A DNA stretch of 62,443 nt from Clostridia bacterium. GTDB taxonomy: Bacteria > Bacillota > Clostridia > Oscillospirales > CAG-272. The notes beneath the pieces are model-generated. The model was not told the origin of the DNA. It searched no databases and saw nothing but the letters and a program-made list of their open reading frames with translations. The DNA is taken from the NCBI GenBank assembly GCA_017959065.1, contig JAGDBK010000068.1:1-62443 (forward strand), written 5' to 3'. Numbering within the stretch: position 1 is the stretch's first letter; the number at the start of each line of letters is the position of its first letter. A program made the position numbers and the translations under genes. Shown here piece by piece: positions 28,119 to 38,260 of this stretch.

Positions 28119-29540
28119 TTATTTTTCCACTACGGTATATGTCGTTCCTTCCCTGGTATCCGTCAGCATAACGCCTTTTTCTGAAAGCATCTCCCGTATA
28201 CTGTCCGCGCGGGCAAAATCCTTGTCTATTTTCGCCTGTGCTCTCTCGGATATCATCTTCCCGATCCATTCGGCAAAGTCGCTGTCGATCGAAGTCTCTT
28301 TACTGTTCCGTTTTTCTTCCGCAGCTTTAAGAAGATTCAGCGAAAGAACATCGTCTATCTCCGCTATCGCGCTGAGTTTATCCGCATCGGAAGCTGAAGA
28401 CTTCAATACATCATAGATGGCTGTTATGGCAAGAGACGTATTGAGGTCATTGTCCATCGCTTTGTAAAAAGGCGCCGTCAGAATACTGACCTTCTCTCTG
28501 TCTGCTTCACATGATCCTTTTTCCAGAGAGGCGATCTTTGATATCAGTTTTTCATATGCTGCTTTGGCATTGTCAAGCGCCTCATAGGAAAATGCCAAAG
28601 ATTTCCTGTAATGGGAAAGCAGACAGAAAAACCTGTATACCATCGGGTCATATCCTTTTTCCTTCAGAAGGGAGACCGTCAGGAACTCTCCGCTCGATTT
28701 GGACATCTTGCCTGTCGGAGTGTTCAGATGATGAACATGGAACCAGTAATTGCACCATTTATGGCCCAGATACGCCTCGCTCTGTGCGATCTCGTTTGTA
28801 TGGTGGGGGAAAATGTTGTCAACTCCTCCGCAATGAATGTCCACTCTCTCTCCGAGATTGCTGATGCAGATCGCTGAACACTCTATATGCCATCCGGGAT
28901 ATCCGAGACCCCACGGGGAATTCCATTTCAGCTCCTGATCCTCAAATTTCGACTTTGTAAACCAGAGGACAAAATCCGTCTTGTTCCTCTTGTTGGAATC
29001 CTCGTCCACGCCCTCCCTTACACCGACCTCAAGGTCTTCAGCCTCATTGTTTGAAAGAACATAGTAGTTATCCAGACGTGAAGTATCAAAATAAACATTT
29101 CCGCCGGCCAGATACGCATATCCGCCATCAATCAGGCCGGTGATCATTTTAATAATACTGCCTATGCTTTTTGTCGCCGGGACTACGATATCCGGCTTTT
29201 TTATGTTCAGTTCCCTGCAATCGGAAAAGAACGCATCCGTGTAGAACTTTGCGATCTCCATCACGGATTTTTTTTCGCGCTTTGCTCCCTTGAGCATCTT
29301 GTCTTCGCCTGTGTCCGCATCGCTTGAAAGATGGCCGACGTCCGTAATGTTCATCACCCTTGTGACTTCATAATGCTTTCTGAGATACTTTTCAAGAACA
29401 TCCTCTTCAATATAGCTTCTCAGATTGCCTATGTGCGCAAAATGATAAACTGTGGGGCCGCAGGTATACATTTTTACCCTGCCTGCCTCATTCGGGACAA
29501 ATTCTTCAATCGTTCTGGTCTGTGTGTTGAATATTTTCAT
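28119..29540 (-). CDS. cysS: Cysteine--tRNA ligase
   Basis: CGPTVY, HIGN, GWHIECS, FPHH.NE, KMSKS. Confidence 0.98.
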   Translation of the reverse strand: MKIFNTQTRTIEEFVPNEAGRVKMYTCGPTVYHFAHIGNLRSYIEEDVLEKYLRKHYEVTRVMNITDVGHLSSDADTGEDKMLKGAKREKKSVMEIAKFYTDAFFSDCRELNIKKPDIVVPATKSIGSIIKMITGLIDGGYAYLAGGNVYFDTSRLDNYYVLSNNEAEDLEVGVREGVDEDSNKRNKTDFVLWFTKSKFEDQELKWNSPWGLGYPGWHIECSAICISNLGERVDIHCGGVDNIFPHHTNEIAQSEAYLGHKWCNYWFHVHHLNTPTGKMSKSSGEFLTVSLLKEKGYDPMVYRFFCLLSHYRKSLAFSYEALDNAKAAYEKLISKIASLEKGSCEADREKVSILTAPFYKAMDNDLNTSLAITAIYDVLKSSASDADKLSAIAEIDDVLSLNLLKAAEEKRNSKETSIDSDFAEWIGKMISERAQAKIDKDFARADSIREMLSEKGVMLTDTREGTTYTVVEK

Positions 29541-29541
29541 A

Positions 29542-30297
29542 TTATTCTGCTCTATTTCCTGTTTCTAATTCAGCGAGCCGCTTTTCCAGCATGCTGATTT
29601 CGTCTTTAAGTTTCATTATTTCTTGAGCGACCGGGTCCGGAATATGGATCTGGTCGAGATCGCAGTCCGTAACTTTTTCGCCGTTGCGTCTGGTCACTTT
29701 CGCCGGTATACCGACTGCGGTACTGTTGTCCGGAACTTCATTCAACACAACTGCGTTTGCGGCGATCTTTGAATTATTTCCAACCCTAAACGGGCCGAGC
29801 ACTTTTGCGCCTGCCCCGACCATTACATTATCCCCAAGGGTCGGATGGCGCTTTCCGCTGTCCTTTCCGGTTCCGCCGAGCGTCGCGCCCTGATAGATGG
29901 TACAGTTGTCGCCTATCTCGGCTGTCTCGCCTATGACGACGCCGGACCCGTGGTCTATGAACAGCCCCTTGCCTATTTTTGCTCCGGGATGGATTTCAAT
30001 GCCTGTAAGCAGTCTTGCTGTCTGGCTTACCGTTCTTGCAAGAGAATACATTCTTCTCCTGTATAGTTCGTGAGATATCCTGTAGCACAGAAGCGCGTGA
30101 AGTCCCGAATAGAGAAACAGAACCTCCAGGGAAGACTTTGCTGCGGGGTCTCTTTCTTTTATTATCTCTATTTCTTCCCTTATCTGATTGTAAAGGTTTC
30201 TGAACTCGGATGGACATTTTTTCAGTTTTTTCACATAACACGCCGATTTGTCCGCCATAATCCTTTTAATGTTGGAAAAATCAATGTAACTTCCCAT
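29542..30297 (-). CDS. cysE: Serine O-acetyltransferase
   Basis: RDPAA, TGIEIHPGA, IDHG.GVVIGET, TLGGTGK..GKRHP. Confidence 0.97.
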   Translation of the reverse strand: MGSYIDFSNIKRIMADKSACYVKKLKKCPSEFRNLYNQIREEIEIIKERDPAAKSSLEVLFLYSGLHALLCYRISHELYRRRMYSLARTVSQTARLLTGIEIHPGAKIGKGLFIDHGSGVVIGETAEIGDNCTIYQGATLGGTGKDSGKRHPTLGDNVMVGAGAKVLGPFRVGNNSKIAANAVVLNEVPDNSTAVGIPAKVTRRNGEKVTDCDLDQIHIPDPVAQEIMKLKDEISMLEKRLAELETGNRAE

Positions 30298-30351
30298 CTT
30301 TCATTCCTCCTTCCATGTCAGATAGAGATTTCCGTTTAAAACTTATTCTTC

Positions 30352-30380
30352 ATTATATATCTTATTCACGGTTTTTGCAA
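30352..30380 (-). promoter_or_regulatory. Sigma-A promoter of cysE-cysS
   Basis: Minus strand TTGCAA-17 nt-TATAAT. Confidence 0.7.
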
Positions 30381-30573
30381 CAACCTTGAACCGTAACCAC
30401 ATCACTGCCGAAAAGTTTACAAAAAATTTTCATTTTGGTGTTTTTTCCTATGTTTGTCTTTAAAGATCAAAAAAAAGCGGGTTTTTTCACCCATAATTCT
30501 GATTAATCTCCCTTGACACATACAAACTGCACAAATCATTGAGCAGCTCTCATTTGTGTTTTTAAGAGAAAAG

Positions 30574-30602
30574 TTGTTATTTTTCTTTAATAATGATATA
30601 AT
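30574..30602 (+). promoter_or_regulatory. Sigma-A promoter of dnaA
   Basis: TTGTTA-17 nt-TATAAT with extended TG. Confidence 0.65.
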
Positions 30603-30779
30603 TTCTATAAATATATATAAATATATATAATCATTTATAATGTAATTCAGACCGGTTCAGCAGACTAGACCAAAAACAATTGCGGAATAATACCGCAGAT
30701 AATTTTGACCATAGGAGAATGCAGGAAGACTACGGCCGGTGATTTATCTTCCACCTGGTGCGAAAGCCTGCCAACAGTT

Positions 30780-32198
30780 ATGAATTCAAATACTGATATC
30801 GGGAAAATATTCTCTCTCGTCCTTGACACACTAAAGGGCGAAATGTCACAGAGTTCGATCAATCTCTGGTTCGGTGACGTGGTTCTGTTTCATCTCGACG
30901 ATAAAAGAGCCGTGCTTTTAGGTAAAAGCGAATTCAAAAGCGACATCGCCAGAAAACGCTATAAGAAACTGCTCGAGGACAAGTTCAACGATGTCCTTGG
31001 TTTTCCTGTGACCGTTTATGTGTTCTCTGAAGAAAAAGGAGGCGTTCCCGCAGACTATCTGACTCTGCCGGGGAAAGACGATCCCCCGGAATCTCAGGCT
31101 CAGAAACAGGAAAACAATCCTTCCGATATAAAAGCAGGATATGATTATTTTTCCACCGGCGACGAAAACAGAAAACCGACCACGAACTTCTACAACCGGG
31201 ATTATACCTTCAGCAACTTTATAGTCGGAAGCTCCAACAAATTTGCTCATGCAGCATGTATTGCCGTAGCGGAAAACCCCGCGACCGCATACAATCCGCT
31301 TTTCATTTACGGAAACAGCGGACTCGGTAAAACTCATCTTCTCTATGCGATCACGAACGATATCATCTCCAAGCATCCGGAGATGAATATAGTTTACGTG
31401 AGAAGCGAGGATCTGATCAATCAGCTTATAGAAGCTTTTTCAAAAAAAGAAACCGCCCTGTTCAGAGAAAAATACAGATCTGCCGATGTCCTGCTGGTGG
31501 ATGATATCCAGTTTATCGCAGGAAAAGAAGCTCTTCAGGAAGAATTCTTTCATACTTTCAATACGCTTTACGATGCGAGTAAACAGATAATACTGACATC
31601 AGACAGACCGCCAAGAGATATAAAAACCCTTGAAGACAGACTCCGCGGACGGTTTGAGTGGGGCCTGATAGTCGATATACAGCCGCCGGATTTTGAATTG
31701 AGGATCGCAATCCTGAAAGCAAAATCCGAATCGCTGGGCCTTAAGATTCCGAACGAGGTTCTTACCTATCTCGCAGAGAAACTGCAGGATAACATCAGAC
31801 AAATTGAAGGCATTATCAAGAAGATGGGCGCGAAGAGTTTTCTGTCCGGTGTTCCGATATCTCTGGATACTGCAAGAGAAGCGGTTTCTGAACTTATTAC
31901 AGGAAACGAACCGGTTCACGTCACAATAGAAAAAATACTGTCCACGGTATCGGCAAAATACAATGTATCAATTGAAGACCTCAAAGGCAGACGCCGTACA
32001 AAGGACATTGCGAAAGCAAGACATATTGCAATTTATCTGATAAAACAGATGACCGACATCCCCCTGACGAACATAGCAAGGGTCTTTGAAAGAGATCACA
32101 CAACTATCATGTCTTCGGTTGAAGTAATCGAAAGGGAAATAAGAGAAAATCCGTCTACGGAGCTTGAGATCAGCGAACTGAAAAAAGAAATGAAGTAA
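30780..32198 (+). CDS. dnaA: Chromosomal replication initiator DnaA
   Basis: YTFSNF, YNPLFIYGNSGLGKTHL, DDIQF, QEEFFHTFN, RDHTT. Start placed at ATG 30780. Confidence 0.98.
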   Translation: MNSNTDIGKIFSLVLDTLKGEMSQSSINLWFGDVVLFHLDDKRAVLLGKSEFKSDIARKRYKKLLEDKFNDVLGFPVTVYVFSEEKGGVPADYLTLPGKDDPPESQAQKQENNPSDIKAGYDYFSTGDENRKPTTNFYNRDYTFSNFIVGSSNKFAHAACIAVAENPATAYNPLFIYGNSGLGKTHLLYAITNDIISKHPEMNIVYVRSEDLINQLIEAFSKKETALFREKYRSADVLLVDDIQFIAGKEALQEEFFHTFNTLYDASKQIILTSDRPPRDIKTLEDRLRGRFEWGLIVDIQPPDFELRIAILKAKSESLGLKIPNEVLTYLAEKLQDNIRQIEGIIKKMGAKSFLSGVPISLDTAREAVSELITGNEPVHVTIEKILSTVSAKYNVSIEDLKGRRRTKDIAKARHIAIYLIKQMTDIPLTNIARVFERDHTTIMSSVEVIEREIRENPSTELEISELKKEMK

Positions 32199-32600
32199 CA
32201 TTCAAATCTGGATATCCGCATTGTTATTTCACTTTTCCACACACTGTGGAAAAGTCTGTGGATTATTTGCAGATAAGATATTTGTCGTAATTATTGATTT
32301 TTTCCTTTCATTGATTTTTTTCATTCTGATTTTTCTGACACTGTTCCACACAAAACAAACAAAATGATAACAATTATCAGATAAAGGAATGATTAATGCC
32401 GTTTCTTCATTTCTATCTGGCAAAAAACAAAAAGAAGTGAATCACTTATCCAAAGGTAGCACCCAGACAATCATGATGAGTATGATTAGTTTTTCCTTTG
32501 GATAAAGCCAGATTTTGACTTTTCAACATTTTCCACGCCATTAATAATACTGTTAATATCTTTGATTAATGATATATATTAGTAACCGTACGGCAATATG
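32199..32600. other. oriC: DnaA-box cluster and unwinding element between dnaA and dnaN
   Basis: Boxes TTTTCCACA 32233, TGTGGAAAA 32245, TGTGGATTA 32257, TGTTCCACA 32342, TTATCCAAA 32446, TTTGGATAA 32497; tandem TTTTCAACA/TTTTCCACG at 32520-32537 followed by TAA/TAC trio-like repeats and an AT-rich tract. Confidence 0.88.
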
Positions 32601-32699
32601 AAATTATAAATACGGGCATCGCCCTGTCAACCGAAAGGAGGACCGTCATACATGACGGGCAGCGATCTGAATTCGAACGGATAGCTGCATTATATTACA

Positions 32700-33851
32700 A
32701 TGAAAATCCAATTTGAAAAATCATCACTTCTGAATGCTATATCAAGACTTCAGATAGCAGTATTATCAAAGTCGGATTCTCCGGCGATGGAAGGAATACT
32801 GATTAACGCCGACTCTGAAAAGAATTCCGTGATATTTAACACCTTCGACAATGAAAAGGGTGTAAGGATTGAAATGGAAGCTTCCGTGGCAGAAAGCGGC
32901 AGCTATATTATAAATGCACAGAAGCTTATGAATATCGTGAGATCTCTGCCTGATGAGGAAGTACTGCTGAAAGTCGACAGCGGATGCAATGTGACAATTA
33001 CCAGCAGCCGCAGTGTTTTCAAACTGCATTCACTTCCGGGATCTGATTTTCCCGCACAGCCGTATCTTGCAGGTGAGATAGGATTCAAAATTAAGGAGAA
33101 GGAATTTTTGGATATGCTTTCCAAAGTTCTTTTTGCCGCCGGGATCAATCATCAGACCAAGGCTCTGAACGGAGTATATGTTGAAATAAAAGGAAACAAC
33201 GTTAAGTTTATCGGATGCGACGGATTCAGATTCGCAATGTGTGACAAGGTCTGTGAAGTACATAACGATTCTGATGAAGAACTCGACACGAACTTTATTA
33301 TTCCGGTGAAAACGGCTTCAGAACTAGTAAAGGTTCTTTCTCAAAGTGATGATGAGATTCAGATAGAAGGATCGAGAAAGCATATCATCATCAAAGTCAG
33401 AGATATGGTCCTGTTTTCAAGGACAATCGATCAGAAATACATCAGTTACGAAAGAGCGATTCCGCAGAACAGTTCAATTAGCGTAACTGTTAACTCAGGG
33501 GATATTTACAGCGCGCTGGAGAGAGCTCTCCTAATAACTGAAGAAAAGATCGTTGGAGCAGTCAAGAGCTATGTCAGACTGTCTTTTAAAGAAAATGTTC
33601 TGACCATTTCTTCGGAGTCAATCAACGGCAGTATCAAGGAGGAGATAGGAATCTTCCATACCGGAGAAGACATAGACATCGGATTCAATTGCAGATACCT
33701 GGCTGAAACGATGAGAGCCTGCGACAATGACGATATAGAAATCAAGTTAAATTCTCCATTAATGAGCATGGTATTCACTCCCATCAATCCGAAAGAGGGA
33801 GAAAAATATCTGTTCTTCGTTCTGCCGATAAGAATGAAGGAACAGGCATAA
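32700..33851 (+). CDS. dnaN: DNA polymerase III beta clamp
   Basis: Position after dnaA; DFP, GCDGFR, IGFNCRYL, VLPIR. Confidence 0.96.
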   Translation: MKIQFEKSSLLNAISRLQIAVLSKSDSPAMEGILINADSEKNSVIFNTFDNEKGVRIEMEASVAESGSYIINAQKLMNIVRSLPDEEVLLKVDSGCNVTITSSRSVFKLHSLPGSDFPAQPYLAGEIGFKIKEKEFLDMLSKVLFAAGINHQTKALNGVYVEIKGNNVKFIGCDGFRFAMCDKVCEVHNDSDEELDTNFIIPVKTASELVKVLSQSDDEIQIEGSRKHIIIKVRDMVLFSRTIDQKYISYERAIPQNSSISVTVNSGDIYSALERALLITEEKIVGAVKSYVRLSFKENVLTISSESINGSIKEEIGIFHTGEDIDIGFNCRYLAETMRACDNDDIEIKLNSPLMSMVFTPINPKEGEKYLFFVLPIRMKEQA

Positions 33852-33860
33852 AGGGAAGGC

Positions 33861-35018
33861 ATGATTGTTAGAAGCATTCGGCTGGAGAATTTCAGAAACA
33901 TTGAAAAGGCAAAGCTGGATTTTTCCGAAGGGATAAATGTTCTCATAGGAAAGAATGCGCAGGGCAAATCAAATATTCTTGAAGCGGTTTATATTTTTGC
34001 CCAGGGAAAAAGCTTTCGAGCAAAAAACGACAGGGAACTGATAAGATTCGGAGAAAAAAAGGCAGTCATCTCTTTGACTTCAAAGTCTTCAAAAAAGACT
34101 AAAGACGATGATCTTTCAATGGAATATGAGTCTGGCGGAAACAGAGAAGAAACGAAAAAAACCGTAAAAAGGAACGGGGTAGTTGAAAAGAAGATAGGAA
34201 ATCTTCTGGGAACATTCCGTGCGGTTTTGTTCTGCCCTGAACATCTTTTGCTTGTCAAAGGCGGACCTGCGGAGAGAAGAACTTTCATTGATATGGCCAT
34301 TTGCCAGCTTAGACCTGTATATCTTAAACAGCTGCAGCGATATTATGCCCTTCTATCGGAAAGGAACAAACTTCTGAAAGATTCAAAAGAAGACAGAAGG
34401 GTATATGATCAGACGAATGAGCTGTGGGCCCAGCAGTTGGCTGAATGCGCGGGATATATCACATGTGTGCGGGCAGAGTATCTTTCCTTACTCTCAGGCG
34501 CAGCGGAAGACTGTTTTCTCGATATGACCGGAGGAGAAGAAAAACCGGAGTTTTTGTATAAGACAAGCACGGGTTCTGAAACGGACATATTTGATGAAAA
34601 GGCTGTCACTGACAGATATTACAGTCTTTACTGTTCCGAAGGAGAAAAAGAGCTGCTTGCCGGAATGACTCTGTGGGGCGTACACAGAGATGATATACAG
34701 ATAACGATAAACGGAAAAGAAGCAAGATTTTTCGCCTCACAGGGACAGGACAGGTCGCTTGTCCTTTCTATGAAACTTGCCGAGGGGATAATCTCCGAAA
34801 AAGAGACGGGCGAAGCCCCGGTATATCTGTTCGACGATGTGATGAGCGAACTGGACAGAAACCGAAGGAATTTCCTTCTTGAAAGGTTCAAGGGCAGCAG
34901 TCAGATAATAATCACTTCATGTGAGCCGGAATTCTTCGGAGAAGGCGAATTCAGGACAATAAGCGTCAGCAACGGATGCTACACCTGTCCGGAATGGGAT
35001 GAGGAGCCCGTCAAATGA
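33861..35018 (+). CDS. recF: DNA replication/repair protein RecF
   Basis: NFRN, GKNAQGKSN, GGPAERR, SQGQ, DDVMSELD. Confidence 0.97.
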   Translation: MIVRSIRLENFRNIEKAKLDFSEGINVLIGKNAQGKSNILEAVYIFAQGKSFRAKNDRELIRFGEKKAVISLTSKSSKKTKDDDLSMEYESGGNREETKKTVKRNGVVEKKIGNLLGTFRAVLFCPEHLLLVKGGPAERRTFIDMAICQLRPVYLKQLQRYYALLSERNKLLKDSKEDRRVYDQTNELWAQQLAECAGYITCVRAEYLSLLSGAAEDCFLDMTGGEEKPEFLYKTSTGSETDIFDEKAVTDRYYSLYCSEGEKELLAGMTLWGVHRDDIQITINGKEARFFASQGQDRSLVLSMKLAEGIISEKETGEAPVYLFDDVMSELDRNRRNFLLERFKGSSQIIITSCEPEFFGEGEFRTISVSNGCYTCPEWDEEPVK

Positions 35019-35302
35019 AAAACACTGCTTCAGATATATACTTTCATGCCGGCAATAACCAGATGCTCAGAAAAAGGGATGTAATCGGTATTTTCGATTT
35101 GGACACGTCCACAAAATCCAAAACCACCGTTGACTTTCTTAAGCGAAAAGAAAAGGAAAAAAGGATAAGAAGCGTCAAGAATGAACTGCCGAAGTCGTTT
35201 ATCCTTTACAGAGACAGCGACAAAAAGGGCACACGTTCAAACATAGACACAATTTTTATCGTCCAGCTGTCCTCCAGATCAATTTTCGGCAGGATTAAAT
35301 AA
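35015..35302 (+). CDS. remB: RemB/DUF370-like protein
   Basis: YFHAG....KRDVIGIFDLD, PKSFI, SSRSI; usual position between recF and gyrB. Confidence 0.85.
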   Translation: MKNTASDIYFHAGNNQMLRKRDVIGIFDLDTSTKSKTTVDFLKRKEKEKRIRSVKNELPKSFILYRDSDKKGTRSNIDTIFIVQLSSRSIFGRIK

Positions 35303-35341
35303 TTCAAGCAAAATCATAACTGATGAGGAAAGGACCAATAA

Positions 35342-37255
<1,914 letters not shown>

Positions 37256-37265
37256 CAGGATGGAT

Positions 37266-38213
37266 ATGGCAGAAAGAATAATAACCGTGGCTCTGAACCC
37301 GGCGATAGACAGAAACATGTATTTCGGGCATTTTTCGACGGGGACGTTGAACAGGACCGTACGGAAAACACTGTTGTCCGTCGGGTCAAAGGCGATGAAC
37401 GTGGCCTGTGTAGTCAGGGCATACGGAGGTAATTCGGCGTGCCTGTTCTTCTCGGGAGGTACAGGCGGCGAATTTCTCGAAAAAAAGCTGGAAGAGGCCG
37501 GGGTTTTATCCATAAAGGTCCCTACATCTTGCGGTGTCAGGGAAAACATAAAGATATTTGACGCTGACGGCGTTCAGACGGAAGCAAATGATTCCGGGGG
37601 GCCGTATTCGGAGTCCGAATTTCGCGAGATCGAGGATCATCTCAGATCATTGGCGGACAAAAAGACTGTTTTCGTTTTTTCCGGAAGCCTTCCGGCAGGC
37701 TGTCCACTAGATTATTACGGAAGTCTGATAGAAATAGTCAAAGAAGCCGGGTCTTATGCTGTCCTGGACTGCGACGGTGAACCGCTGAAAAACGGACTCA
37801 GGGCATGCCCCGTTCTAATCAAGCCGAATTTGAGAGAACTTGAGGAACTGCTGTCAGTCAGGCTGGAGAGTATCGAAGACGCAAAGAATGCGGTCAGAAC
37901 AGCGGCAGAAAAATTCCATACAGATGTCGTCGGCACTCTGGGCGAGCACGGATCGGTCTTTTCTTCAAAAGACGGAGATGTATACACGGTCAGATGCCAG
38001 GAACAGATCAAACCTGCCGGGCTGGCTGGCGCGGGAGATACTTATCTAGGGGTGTACTGCACCGAACGGTATATAAGAGGAAGCACAGCGGAGGTTTCGC
38101 TGAAATATGCCGCTTCTGCTGCCGCGGCAAAGATCCAGGTTCCGGGAACCGGTATCCCGGATGGCCCTGAAATGAGAAGATACTATGACCGAATAGAAGT
38201 CCGGCGGGTCTGA
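37266..38213 (+). CDS. 1-phosphofructokinase/tagatose-6-phosphate kinase family (PfkB) sugar kinase
   Basis: ITVALNPAID, SGSLP, IKPNLREL, GAGD. Confidence 0.88.
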   Translation: MAERIITVALNPAIDRNMYFGHFSTGTLNRTVRKTLLSVGSKAMNVACVVRAYGGNSACLFFSGGTGGEFLEKKLEEAGVLSIKVPTSCGVRENIKIFDADGVQTEANDSGGPYSESEFREIEDHLRSLADKKTVFVFSGSLPAGCPLDYYGSLIEIVKEAGSYAVLDCDGEPLKNGLRACPVLIKPNLRELEELLSVRLESIEDAKNAVRTAAEKFHTDVVGTLGEHGSVFSSKDGDVYTVRCQEQIKPAGLAGAGDTYLGVYCTERYIRGSTAEVSLKYAASAAAAKIQVPGTGIPDGPEMRRYYDRIEVRRV

Positions 38214-38260
38214 CAAATCAGAAAAAAGAAGCCGGACTAACTAGGAAAAGGAGATAAAAA

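Noticed and set aside
30298-30351. T-box leaders for cysE-cysS and serS
   Set aside because: The leaders are only about 50-70 nt and lack the T-box GGTGGNACCGCG motif.
30604-30632. TATAAATATA tandem repeat as the DNA unwinding element
   Set aside because: It lacks adjacent DnaA boxes and sits at the dnaA transcription start; the dnaA-dnaN gap fits better.
32682-32684. Genome-wide TAG reassignment or pyrrolysine suggested by the in-frame TAG before dnaN
   Set aside because: TAG ends mreC, pgsA and the RNA ligase at expected positions, and no core gene has an internal TAG.
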